The notes beneath the pieces are model-generated. The model was not told the DNA's origin. It searched no databases and was given only the letters and a program-made list of their open reading frames with translations. Made by a program: the position numbers and the translations under genes. A stretch of 64,000 bases of DNA from a virus (taxonomy: Duplodnaviria; Caudoviricetes): positions 47,726 to 111,725 of IMG/VR virus record IMGVR_UViG_2622736592_000004; one strand, given 5' to 3'. How positions within the stretch are numbered: the stretch's first letter is position 1; every line of letters begins with the position of its first letter. Positions 36,661 to 45,450 of the stretch are shown piece by piece.

Positions 36661-37029
36661 TCACCGGGTCACCGCCAGGTCCCGCAGGTTGATCGGCAGC
36701 CCCTCCGAAGCGCACTCCGGGCACCCGCCTACGCACAGCTCCACCCAGTGGGTTTGCCGGTAGCAGAGGTGGCAGAGCTTCTTGCCGTGGCTGGAGCAGC
36801 AGGTGCCGGTGGCGGCGGTGTCGGTGCAGCGCTCGCAGGGGTTGGCAGCAGCGGCGATGTGCCGAGCCAGCATGTCTCGGTGGCTTTCCACGCCTGCGCA
36901 TTCGTGTTCGATGGACCGGTCGAACACCTTCTGGGCGTCGCCGCACCCCCGGCTGGACCATCCGCAGTGCGAGCAGGTGACCCGCGCGCCGTCGGTGCCG
37001 GAGGTGAAGCCGAACAGTCGCCGCTTCAC
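36661..37029 (-). CDS. Cys-rich multi-Zn-finger protein
   Basis: Many Cys/His clusters; GTGA-coupled. Confidence 0.55.
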   Translation of the reverse strand: MKRRLFGFTSGTDGARVTCSHCGWSSRGCGDAQKVFDRSIEHECAGVESHRDMLARHIAAAANPCERCTDTAATGTCCSSHGKKLCHLCYRQTHWVELCVGGCPECASEGLPINLRDLAVTR

Positions 37030-37526
37030 TGGGCCACCGCCGCAGCACGGTTGACATCCCCGGCAGCGATCCGCGCCTTGGTCGCCTCGGCGATCAACTG
37101 CTGCACCGACGTGGACCCGGACTCGCTGGGGGCCGGGACGGGCACGACAACCTCGGGGACCTCGCAGCAGTCGCAGCTTCGGCCGAGCCACTGCTTGGTG
37201 TCGGCGAGGGTGTACCGGCCGGCGTCGGTGTGGTGGCTGCGGTATCCGGACCCGGCGGGCCCCCACCACATGTCGTGGTGGTGGGACCAGATCAGGTACA
37301 GGTCGGGGTCGGTGGCCGGCGGTGTAGAGAGTGCGACAAGCTGTTCGGCTGCCTGCCGGAGGGCTTCCAGGTCGCGGGCGTAGAGCGGGGCGCGGCCGAT
37401 GAGGTCGTACAGGCCGTCGCCGTTGGCGCGGATGTACTCGCCGATGCGCTCGGCGGCGCGGGCCAGGTCGGGCAGGTCGGTGGTGTGAGGGTCGATGCCG
37501 TCGGGCTGGTCGGGGATGGCGCTCAT
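37026..37526 (-). CDS. Hypothetical protein
   Basis: 'YLIWSHHHDMWWGP..SGY....DAGRY' phage motif. Confidence 0.65.
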   Translation of the reverse strand: MSAIPDQPDGIDPHTTDLPDLARAAERIGEYIRANGDGLYDLIGRAPLYARDLEALRQAAEQLVALSTPPATDPDLYLIWSHHHDMWWGPAGSGYRSHHTDAGRYTLADTKQWLGRSCDCCEVPEVVVPVPAPSESGSTSVQQLIAEATKARIAAGDVNRAAAVAQ

Positions 37527-37723
37527 CGGGCCACCGCCTCGTTCGGGTCCGGCTGGCCCGGCTCGGTCTCCCACTGCCGGTTCTCGATGTCCGACTGGGC
37601 CGAGTAGAGGGCGGCATCGACGTCGGACCAGGTCCCCGACGAGCCGAAGCCGATCTCCGTGAAGTCGGCCTCTTCGGGCAGGCGGCGCTCGATCGTGTAG
37701 TTGATGCGGTATTCGGCCGTCAT
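37523..37723 (-). CDS. Hypothetical protein, first gene after the cassette-1 leftward promoter
   Basis: SD GGGAGG; starts MTAEYRINY. Confidence 0.65.
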   Translation of the reverse strand: MTAEYRINYTIERRLPEEADFTEIGFGSSGTWSDVDAALYSAQSDIENRQWETEPGQPDPNEAVAR

Positions 37724-37869
37724 GGTGCCTCCCTTGGGGTTGCTGATGCGGTCAGCAGTGGCTGACTCGTGCGTGTCTCGGTTGATGCGAGGTCTTCTGC
37801 GCGGGTCGAGAGCGCGACCGCGTCTCGGCGGTGGTGTGCGGCCGGTTCGGTTGACCGCTCGACTTGCAC

Positions 37870-37984
37870 ACCGTACCGTATTCCTTAAGACATTTCCAAG
37901 ACAAGCCGTGAGGGATTGCTGATGAACGTGATGCTGGAGGCGAACCCGTACGAGACTCCTGGTGGAGACCTGTACGATTCGGGC
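37870..37984. promoter_or_regulatory. Divergent promoter/operator, cassette 1
   Basis: Leftward TTGTCT-18-TACGGT with CTTAAG (37884-37889) in the spacer; rightward TACGAT-6nt-GTG. Confidence 0.6.
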
Positions 37985-38170
37985 GTGGCGAAGGTGGAAC
38001 CGATCCAGGTCGAGGAAGCACGCAAGAACCTGGGGAAGTTGCTGGAGCAGGCCGAAGAGTCCGGAACCCACTTCGCCCTGTCCAAGTACGGCAAGACGAA
38101 GGGCTTCTTCGTGCCCACCGCCGACTACCGGCGGTACCGGGAACTCGACGGCGACCCCACCGACCTGTAG
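37985..38170 (+). CDS. Orphan Phd/YefM-fold protein, copy 1 (61 aa)
   Basis: 'IQVEEARKNLGKLLEQA..G....L.KYGK...FFVP' Phd N-terminal pattern. Confidence 0.75.
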   Translation: MAKVEPIQVEEARKNLGKLLEQAEESGTHFALSKYGKTKGFFVPTADYRRYRELDGDPTDL

Positions 38171-38189
38171 CCGGCTCGCAGACCAGTCG

Positions 38190-38220
38190 AGCCCGACGCC
38201 CCCGCAGCGTCGGGCTTTCG
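38190..38220 (+). terminator. Intrinsic terminator after Phd-like copy 1
   Basis: 10-bp stem AGCCCGACGC/GCGTCGGGCT followed by TTCG. Confidence 0.65.
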
Positions 38221-38232
38221 TGCTGCCCCCCA

Positions 38233-38415
38233 TCACCCGACACCCCCACGCCGCTTCACCGCAGTCCGGTTGTGCCAATGACCCGCGCACAGGTACGGCT
38301 CCAACCGGTCGAACTGGTGCCTGCGGTTGCCGACTTTTCCGGCGGCCAACGCGGCGGCGATCCGGTCCGGGTAGCGGATCTTCTTCGGGGTGGGGCACAC
38401 CCGAGGCGCGGACAT
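38233..38415 (-). CDS. Small Zn-finger protein
   Basis: 'CPTPKKIRY...PYLCAGHWH'. Confidence 0.6.
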   Translation of the reverse strand: MSAPRVCPTPKKIRYPDRIAAALAAGKVGNRRHQFDRLEPYLCAGHWHNRTAVKRRGGVG

Positions 38416-38765
38416 CAGCGCATCACCGCCCATCCGGCCACCTCGTAGCCGTCCAACAACGCGCCCATCGAGGTGTCCCGCCACACCCGGTCGGTGGGGC
38501 TGGCAGGCCGCCGGCCATCCCACGTCGTCTCACACACGACCGTCGCCCCGTCGGAGCGTCGGCGTATCTCACCCACCACGGGGGCGGGCAGCAGCCCGTG
38601 GGGGCAACGCGCACACCGGCGGGTTTCGGCGGCGTCCGGGGTGATGCGGCCGGTGGGGACACGCTGACCGGGCCGGTGGCAGGCGAGCACCGTCCACGAC
38701 GCGTCGGTGGTGACGATGAGGTGTTGGGCACCCCAGCCGGTGGCAGTCCACCCGCCGGGGGTCAC
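38415..38765 (-). CDS. Hypothetical protein
   Basis: Coupled ORF. Confidence 0.55.
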   Translation of the reverse strand: MTPGGWTATGWGAQHLIVTTDASWTVLACHRPGQRVPTGRITPDAAETRRCARCPHGLLPAPVVGEIRRRSDGATVVCETTWDGRRPASPTDRVWRDTSMGALLDGYEVAGWAVMR

Positions 38766-41695
38766 GCCGCCACCCGCTCGCAGGTGTTACCGACGCCCAC
38801 CTCGTCGGCGAGAATTTCGGCGAGGGTCGGCAGGCTGGTGCGCTGCCGGCGCGGCGGCGGCAGCCGGTGGCCGACCGCAGCGTGCAGGGCGGCGACCGCT
38901 TCGGCGGTTTCCCGGCGCACCGGCCTGCCCGGCCGGGCAATCTGCAACCAGGCAGTGTTCTTGCCTAGCTCGCGGGCGATCCACGCTTGCGGCCATCCCC
39001 GCCCCACCAGGTCGTTGACGAGGGCGATGGTGGGTGCGGACGGCAGCATGTCCCGCCCGTTCGGGTTGGCGGCGATGTGGTCGCGAACGGCCTGGACAGT
39101 GAGGGCGCGCACGGCCTGGTCGACTTCGCTGGTGATCCGGGACCGTTGACCGTTGCTGATCTCGTCCACGGTCTTCTTGTTGAAACCGGTGATCGCTTGG
39201 ATGGCGGTGCGAGCACGAAGCCCGACCTGCCCTTCCAGCAGTCGCAGATGTCCGCGTGCCGGGCCGGCGTCGACCATGCTGACGCGGGCACCTGCGACTG
39301 CGGTGCAGGGCCCGCACACGCAGCCAGCGGCGTAGCCGAGGCGCGTGCCGTGCTCGCGGACACCCCGGTCGGCGTCGACCCGGACGGCGCGGGGCCGCTC
39401 CCACACCCAGCCGGGCACCGATTCGAGCAGCGCAACCCTGTCAGGGGTGAGCTCGTTGCGGCGGTGCAGGTGACGTTGCCGGGCAGCCCAGTCGCCGATG
39501 TTCGCCGTCCACCCGGACAGGATCTCGGTGCCGTTCTCGGGGATGTCGCAGCCGCCGGTGCGGGCCGCGTACTGGCGGAGGGCGTCCACGTGCAGTTGGA
39601 ATCGGGTGTCGGCGAGCTGCCAGTCGAGGCGGCCGGGAGACGGCTTGTGGGGGGTGACAAGCAGGATGTCGTCGCGTAGGGGCAGTGCGAGACGCCCGGC
39701 GGCGTTGCGGCGGCGCACGGCGGTGACGAACTGGCCGAGGGGCAGCCTGCCCCACATGCGGTCGGCGGGGACGTTGGCGTCGGCGTGCGACTCCACCCAT
39801 TCGGCGAGGGCATCGACCATGCGCTGCTCGCGTTCCGGTACACCGGCGTGCCACGTCCAGCCGGGGATCTGCTCGCACATGTGGGTGTGCCAGTCGGGCA
39901 GGTCGCCGTCGCGGTGCGCCCGACGTTGCTGGGCGCACCACCGGCCCACAGTGAGTGCGTTCTTCCGGCTGCGGTGCGGCAGCAGCATGTTGGCGACGTT
40001 GGGGCTGTTCAGGTCGAAACGGTGCCGCTGGGCGAGGGTGGTGACAGCGGTGTGGTCGCAGAGCCACCATGCGCCGTCGACTGTCCACGCCCATCCGGGT
40101 ACCGCTTCGAGGCGGGCCGCTTGCGTGGTGGACAGGATGCCGGTGGCGTAGGCGCGGCGTTGAATGTGCACCCACCGGCCGAGGTTCTGCCCGCGCGTCT
40201 TCGCCGACCAGGGGACAACCGTGTGGCCGTGGGTGGCGGCCCACGTGGTGAGCTGGGGGAGCATCACCTGCCAAGACTCGTCTTCGGTGGTGTCGTCGGC
40301 GGTGCGGGCGGCGAGCTTCGCCAGGTCGACGCCGGTGAGGTTGAAGTGCAGCAGCCGGGACACGTGGCTGCCGACTTGGTGGGGTTTCTCGCCGCCGGTG
40401 GTGCGCCACGCTCGTAGCTGGTCGAGTTCAGCGGCCATGCGCGGGTCGAGGGACCGCAGGGCCCGCAGAACCGCCCACACGGTGGCGAATTCACTGTCGA
40501 GGAGTTCCTCGTGGTCGGAGCTTCGGGCGGGCACCGTCACCGGCAATATGATCAGGCCTCGGGTTTTGCCGGGTGCCGGTCGGAGGGCGCGGCCGACGGC
40601 TTGCACGATGTCAACGTCGGAGGTGCGGGGGTCGGCGAAGACGACGCCGTCGACTGCGGGCACGTTGACGCCCTCAGCCAAGCAACGGGCGTTGGCGACC
40701 ACGGCAACGGTGTCGGTGTTCGAGTCGGTGAGGGTGTTGAGGGCGGCCCGCCGGGAGGCGGTGGAGTCGACCCCCGCGACGGCGGCGGCGTGGACGGTGC
40801 GCCCATCAGGCAGCGCCAGCCCATGTATGGCGGCGGCGAACTGGCGTGCCCGCGACACCCGCGAGTGGTAGCTGATAACCCGCGACAACCCTTCGCGGGC
40901 GGCAGCGACCAGGGCGGCAGAAGCTTCGGTACCACCGTTGAGGTGTGCACTGGTGTGGCTGCCGTCGATGACGAGCACCCGGTAGTCGACGAGCAGCCCG
41001 GCGGCGATGGCGTCGGCGAGGTTGATGGTGTCGGCGACCGGCCCGAACAACGCCTTGTCGGACATCGACAGCAGTGTTTCGCCGACGTGCCGGGTGCCGG
41101 TGTGTACGGGGGTGGCGGTGACGAACAGGCGTCGTCTCGCCGGCAACTGCTGGTCGTCGAGGGCAACCCGGAACCGGTCGTCGGGTAGCCCGGCGAGCCG
41201 ATGCGCCTCATCGCACACGATCAAGTCGAAGCGGGCCCCTGCACGTCGGGCGGCGTCGGCGACGACCTGGGACGAATGGTAGGTGGAGAACAGCACCTTC
41301 GGCTGGCCGTCCCGGCGGCGCAGGAACGCGGACACCGCATAGTGGTCGGTGGTGACTTTCACACCATGGTCAGACCACCATCCACGGTCGATGCGCCACG
41401 GATCCCCTGTGGTCTGGTCGGAGCAGACAACGAGCGGCGTGAACGGCTGGGGGCTGCCGGTCTGCCATTCGGCGAGGGCTTGCGCGGTGAGGGCCAGCGA
41501 CGGCACGAGAACGAGAGTCAGTTGGGATTGGGTGTCGTCGTGGAGCCACCGGCCGAGGAGTGTTTTGCCGGTGCCGCACGCCCAGTACACCTGGGCGCGG
41601 TCGGTGCGCTGGTAGATGTCGGCGAGGTTGTGTAGCGCGCGGGTCTGGTGGGGGCGACGCCGGGGGAATGTCACCGGCGCGTGTGCGTAGTTCAT
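38762..41695 (-). CDS. SF2 (DEAH) helicase with helicase-associated (HA) repeats and a C-terminal Zn/HTH module
   Basis: 'CGTGKT', 'DEAH', 'TATP', 'QAVGRALR'; repeated 'LGRW..QRR...LE..PGW.W' units. Confidence 0.88.
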   Translation of the reverse strand: MNYAHAPVTFPRRRPHQTRALHNLADIYQRTDRAQVYWACGTGKTLLGRWLHDDTQSQLTLVLVPSLALTAQALAEWQTGSPQPFTPLVVCSDQTTGDPWRIDRGWWSDHGVKVTTDHYAVSAFLRRRDGQPKVLFSTYHSSQVVADAARRAGARFDLIVCDEAHRLAGLPDDRFRVALDDQQLPARRRLFVTATPVHTGTRHVGETLLSMSDKALFGPVADTINLADAIAAGLLVDYRVLVIDGSHTSAHLNGGTEASAALVAAAREGLSRVISYHSRVSRARQFAAAIHGLALPDGRTVHAAAVAGVDSTASRRAALNTLTDSNTDTVAVVANARCLAEGVNVPAVDGVVFADPRTSDVDIVQAVGRALRPAPGKTRGLIILPVTVPARSSDHEELLDSEFATVWAVLRALRSLDPRMAAELDQLRAWRTTGGEKPHQVGSHVSRLLHFNLTGVDLAKLAARTADDTTEDESWQVMLPQLTTWAATHGHTVVPWSAKTRGQNLGRWVHIQRRAYATGILSTTQAARLEAVPGWAWTVDGAWWLCDHTAVTTLAQRHRFDLNSPNVANMLLPHRSRKNALTVGRWCAQQRRAHRDGDLPDWHTHMCEQIPGWTWHAGVPEREQRMVDALAEWVESHADANVPADRMWGRLPLGQFVTAVRRRNAAGRLALPLRDDILLVTPHKPSPGRLDWQLADTRFQLHVDALRQYAARTGGCDIPENGTEILSGWTANIGDWAARQRHLHRRNELTPDRVALLESVPGWVWERPRAVRVDADRGVREHGTRLGYAAGCVCGPCTAVAGARVSMVDAGPARGHLRLLEGQVGLRARTAIQAITGFNKKTVDEISNGQRSRITSEVDQAVRALTVQAVRDHIAANPNGRDMLPSAPTIALVNDLVGRGWPQAWIARELGKNTAWLQIARPGRPVRRETAEAVAALHAAVGHRLPPPRRQRTSLPTLAEILADEVGVGNTCERVAA

Positions 41696-42084
41696 GCCAC
41701 GTCCCCCATGTAGGTGTTCGTGGCTTGCAGCCGGTACTGGTGGGCGGCTTCGATCCGCTCCACTTCGCCTTCGCGGATGAGCATGTCTTGGGCGAGGGCA
41801 TTGGCGAGGCCGTGGGCGTCAACGCTGGCCCCGTCGAGGGCTCGGCTGGTGTTGGTGTCGGAGTTGGTCAACGCGCGGGTGGCTGCCTTCCTGAGGCGGC
41901 GGCCCCGCTGGTGGAGTACGCGTATCCACCGCCGGTCTCGCTCGATCCGGGCGCGTTGGAGTTGGATCCAGCCGGCCAGGTCTTGGTTGGGGTCGCAGCA
42001 TGCGGAGCCGGGGTGGGGCACGCTGGTGGACGCTGCGTCGAACAGGGCCGGCTGGGTGGCGGGTCGAATAGTCATGGCGGTCAC
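41692..42084 (-). CDS. Hypothetical coiled-coil protein
   Basis: SD GGAGG; coupled to the helicase. Confidence 0.6.
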   Translation of the reverse strand: MTAMTIRPATQPALFDAASTSVPHPGSACCDPNQDLAGWIQLQRARIERDRRWIRVLHQRGRRLRKAATRALTNSDTNTSRALDGASVDAHGLANALAQDMLIREGEVERIEAAHQYRLQATNTYMGDVA

Positions 42085-42105
42085 CTCCGTTGGTGCGAGG
42101 GGTGG

Positions 42106-42139
42106 GGGTGCGGTCCGCCGTGGTGGCCGGACCGCACCC
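42106..42139 (-). terminator. Stem-loop
   Basis: 12-bp stem GGGTGCGGTCCG/CGGACCGCACCC. Confidence 0.5.
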
Positions 42140-42149
42140 GTGACAAAAG

Positions 42150-43034
42150 TCAGGCCGCGAGGTCGTAGGTGGGCAGCGGTCGGTGCGCCAGCTCGTTGAC
42201 GTAGCTGCCAGACATGCGCAGGGCGCGTTGGATGGCGGCGAGGGTCATGCCGGCCTGTTGACCTCGGTGTACGGCGTGGTGCCGCTCCAGGCGGGTTAGC
42301 TGCACCAGTTCCCCGTTGAGCGCCATCTCGATGGCCACGTCGTCTACCAAGTCGTCCCGGTCTGCCGGTGTGGACGGCTTAGCACGCGGGTCGTCGATGT
42401 CGTCCCACGCGGCGAGGGAAACCCAGCCCTGCCGGAGGGCGTGGGCGCGGGCGCGGGGGGATGGACCCCACGTGCCGTCGAGGTGCCGGGCGATCACTCG
42501 GATGGAGTGGGCACGTGTCTCGGCAATCATTCGGTGGGTGCCGCTGCGGTAGCGACGCACCGCCTCAGGGATGAGGTCGAGCATGGGGGCGAGGTCGTCG
42601 GAGCTGTAGTGGGCGTAGGCGAGCCCTTGCAGACGCCGCATGGCCCCGACAGCCACTGTCAGCCCGTTGCGCACCGGCGGTGGGACGGGCTTTACGGCCA
42701 GGATCGCGGCGACGGTTTGGGGTTGGCTGTTGAGGGTGACGCCGTTGGCGATCTTGTGGACGGTGGAGAAGGACACTCCGGCCTGCTGGGCGATGGCGCT
42801 GATCGACATGCTGTGTTCGCTGTGCAGGGCGGTGATGTGCTGGCGGGCGGGGGCTGCCGGCACGTGTGCGGGCTGAATCCATCCGTAGGCGGCAGCGTGG
42901 TGGCGGGCGCGGGCTCTGGTGCGGGCGAGGCGTCGGCAGTTGTCGCAGCCTGCGGCGTATTCGCGGTGTTGGGGGCAGCGTTGGGGCATGCTGACTCCGT
43001 CGCGTACCTGCCGAGCGAGGGCGAGCGTGCTCAT
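42150..43034 (-). CDS. Zn-ribbon + multi-HTH DNA-binding protein
   Basis: 'CPQH...CDNC', 'MSISAIAQQAGVSFSTVHKIANG', C-terminal 'MTLAAIQRALRMS'. Confidence 0.7.
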   Translation of the reverse strand: MSTLALARQVRDGVSMPQRCPQHREYAAGCDNCRRLARTRARARHHAAAYGWIQPAHVPAAPARQHITALHSEHSMSISAIAQQAGVSFSTVHKIANGVTLNSQPQTVAAILAVKPVPPPVRNGLTVAVGAMRRLQGLAYAHYSSDDLAPMLDLIPEAVRRYRSGTHRMIAETRAHSIRVIARHLDGTWGPSPRARAHALRQGWVSLAAWDDIDDPRAKPSTPADRDDLVDDVAIEMALNGELVQLTRLERHHAVHRGQQAGMTLAAIQRALRMSGSYVNELAHRPLPTYDLAA

Positions 43035-44170
43035 CGGCTGACCCGGATGGGCATGATGAGGTACCGGTAGCCGGGGACGGGCTGCCCGTCGTTTCCGGCG
43101 GGGGTGATGACGGCCGGCTTGTTGGCGTCCACGAACGCGAAGTGGGCGTCGCGGCTGCCGAGGTGGTTGAGTCCGTCGATCAGGTAGGCGGGGTTGAAGC
43201 CGATGGTGAGCGGGTCGCCGGTGAACGTGGCCTCCATGGCCTCGCTGGCCCGCGCCTCCTCGGTGCCGCCCGCCTCCACCACGAGGCCGTCGCTGCTGAA
43301 GCTGAGCAGCACGGGGGTGGTGCGGTCGGCGACCAGCGCCACCCGCTTGACGACCTCGACGAGCGCGGCGACCGGGACGACTGCGGTGGCGGCGACCGCC
43401 TCCGGCTTGGGGAACAGGCTGCGGACGGGCGGGTAGTTGGCCCCGTCGAGCAGACGGGAGGTGGTGCGGCGGGTGTTCCGCGCGAACCCGATCATCCCTT
43501 CGCCGGCCGTCTCCTGCGCCAGGGCGATCGTTACCTCACCGCCGAGGGGGCCGAGGGCCTTCGCCGTGTCGTGCAGGGTGCGGGCCGGGATGAGGGCGTT
43601 GATGCTGGCGTCCGTGTCGGCCGGCTTCCAGTCCAGTTCGCGGACGGCGAGCCGGTACCGGTCGGTGGCGAGCAGCGCCATCTTGTTCCCCGCGAGTTCC
43701 ATACGGACACCGGTCATCATCGGCAGCGACTCGTCGCGGCCGGCGGCCACAGCAACCTGGGCAACAGCGGTGGCGAACTGGGCGGCGTCCACGGTGCCGG
43801 CCGGTGCGGGCATGGCAGGTAGGGCCGGGTAGTCCTCCACCGGCATCGTCGGGAGGGTGAACCGGGCGGACCCGCAGACCAGTTCGAGGTGCGCGCCGAC
43901 CGTGGCCAGCTCGACCGGCTTGTTTGGTAGCGCCTTCGTGATCTCGGCGAGCAGCCGGGCGGACACGAGGGTGCTGCCCGGGTCGGCGACGGTGCCCCGG
44001 GCGTGTAGCTCGTTGGACACCTCGTAGTCGAAGCTCTTGACGGTGACCCCGTCGTTGGCGGTGGTGAGTAGGACACCGGCCATGACGGGCACCTGCGGAC
44101 GCTGGGGGAGTGCCTTCGCGGCGGTGGTGACGGCCTCGGCGAGGGCGTCACGCTCGGCGGTGATCTTCAT
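43031..44170 (-). CDS. dnaN: DNA polymerase III beta sliding clamp
   Basis: 'SFDYEVS', 'LATDRYRLA', 'IGFNPAYL', 'YLIMPIR'. Confidence 0.95.
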   Translation of the reverse strand: MKITAERDALAEAVTTAAKALPQRPQVPVMAGVLLTTANDGVTVKSFDYEVSNELHARGTVADPGSTLVSARLLAEITKALPNKPVELATVGAHLELVCGSARFTLPTMPVEDYPALPAMPAPAGTVDAAQFATAVAQVAVAAGRDESLPMMTGVRMELAGNKMALLATDRYRLAVRELDWKPADTDASINALIPARTLHDTAKALGPLGGEVTIALAQETAGEGMIGFARNTRRTTSRLLDGANYPPVRSLFPKPEAVAATAVVPVAALVEVVKRVALVADRTTPVLLSFSSDGLVVEAGGTEEARASEAMEATFTGDPLTIGFNPAYLIDGLNHLGSRDAHFAFVDANKPAVITPAGNDGQPVPGYRYLIMPIRVSR

Positions 44171-44442
44171 GCGGCGGCTCCTTCGAGACGGCTGGTGGGG
44201 AAAAGTCGGTGGTGCTCGCGGTTGAGGACTTCGTGCTGGATGACGGGGAAACGGAGCAGGGTTCGCATGACCCGGTCGGCGTCGGCGAGGCGTTCGGTGA
44301 GCCGCTGGTTGTCGGCGAGCACCGCAGCCAGCGACGGCACGGCGGCCGTGTCGCAGACGGGGCAGGTTTGCCCGTGGGCGGCGTGCCGGCGGCGGGCCGA
44401 CTCGGACGGGCACGGCAGCACAGCGTTGGGGTGCAGGCTCAC
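44167..44442 (-). CDS. Zn-finger/coiled-coil hypothetical protein
   Basis: 'C..H...CPVC'; coupled. Confidence 0.55.
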   Translation of the reverse strand: MSLHPNAVLPCPSESARRRHAAHGQTCPVCDTAAVPSLAAVLADNQRLTERLADADRVMRTLLRFPVIQHEVLNREHHRLFPTSRLEGAAA

Positions 44443-44978
44443 GCGGCCACCGCCTGCCATGCCGGCACCACATCCAGGTGCAGCACCCCACCCAACGCCC
44501 GCGTGTACTGCTGCAAACTCGCCACCATCGCCCCGTCCGGGAGGGCTTCCCGCCGGTACGCGGCCGACTCGCTGCACCCCATCCGCGCACCCATCTCGGC
44601 GCAGGTCAGGCCAGCGGCGCGGCGGATTCGGGCTAGGTTGTTGACGGCGATCCGCAAATCCAGCCGGTCTTCGTCGGCGGCGGTGGCGGGCTGCTGGGCG
44701 TCGTACAGGGCGGCGAGGGTGTCACCGTCGTCGGGCAGGGGAAGGCCGATGGTGGTGAGGTTCAGCCGGTAGCCGTAGATGCGCGCCCACGCCTGCACGG
44801 TGGCGACCTGCCAGTTGCGGCGGCGTTCCATCTGCGACAGGCCGAACTTGTTGCACCCGTAGCGGGCGGCGGCGGCCACTTGGCTGATTCCTCGGCGTTC
44901 CCGGTGGCGGCGGAGCGTGGCGGCGAGCCGTTCGCGTTCGCGCGTGTCGTCGCGGTGCAGATCCACAACGACGGTCAT
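44439..44978 (-). CDS. Tandem XRE-HTH protein
   Basis: Two HTH units: 'RERRGISQVAAAARYG' and 'RRAAGLTCAEMGARMG'. Confidence 0.75.
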   Translation of the reverse strand: MTVVVDLHRDDTRERERLAATLRRHRERRGISQVAAAARYGCNKFGLSQMERRRNWQVATVQAWARIYGYRLNLTTIGLPLPDDGDTLAALYDAQQPATAADEDRLDLRIAVNNLARIRRAAGLTCAEMGARMGCSESAAYRREALPDGAMVASLQQYTRALGGVLHLDVVPAWQAVAA

Positions 44979-45244
44979 CCGGTCACCGGCCCGGCGTCGG
45001 AGAACGCGGGGTCGAGCTTGCCTGGCTTGCGGGGCCGGTTACGCCACGCCTCACCGGCGGGCAGGATCTCGATGCGCCCGTCCAGGTGCAGCCGCACGTA
45101 GCCTTTGTCTTCCAGCTCGTACAGGGCGAGGTCGGGGTTGTGGATCCGGCCGGAGCTGTCGACGTAGCCGTAGGTGGCGGGGTCGCGGGTGATGCGGCCG
45201 TCGGTGATGGCGTCGTAGAGCCGTTCGAGCTTCTCGTATTTCAT
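44975..45244 (-). CDS. Hypothetical protein (wHTH-like)
   Basis: Starts MKYEKL; ATG 16 nt beyond the IS right end. Confidence 0.55.
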   Translation of the reverse strand: MKYEKLERLYDAITDGRITRDPATYGYVDSSGRIHNPDLALYELEDKGYVRLHLDGRIEILPAGEAWRNRPRKPGKLDPAFSDAGPVTG

Positions 45245-45450
45245 GGTGGTCCTGTCGGGTTGACGTCCTCCCCGCCCTGAAGAGGCGGGGATTCCCTCCC
45301 TGGCGTCCGCCGCAGCGGATCGCCTTGAGTTGGGTTCCTGTTTCATCGGCCGATGCCTCCTTGAGCGGAGGTCTGACTTAGCCTCCGCAGGCGTTTGCGG
45401 TCTCCGCCCGTCCGACGGCGACCTTGTGTCCTTCGGTTCGGATGTTGCGC
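45240..45450 (-). ncRNA. Predicted TnpB omega/reRNA; guide = flank CCCGACAGGACCACCATGAA
   Basis: Known TnpB architecture: scaffold overlaps the tnpB 3' end and right end, guide from the adjacent flank; 5' boundary approximate. Confidence 0.55.

Noticed and set aside
36626-36664. 12-codon mini-ORF linking the 36661 gene to the initiator by GTGA overlaps
   Set aside because: Too short to support, and the initiator may start at 36530
37720-37869. 49-codon ORF or sRNA in the cassette-1 leftward leader
   Set aside because: It ends in an ATGA overlap but has no recognisable features and no counterpart in cassette 2
37916-37984. Longer N-termini for the Phd-like ORFs (starts 37916 and 54614), including the shared 'LYD.GV'
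   Set aside because: The shared residues are explained by the conserved TACGAT -10 box; GTG starts give identical 61-aa lengths
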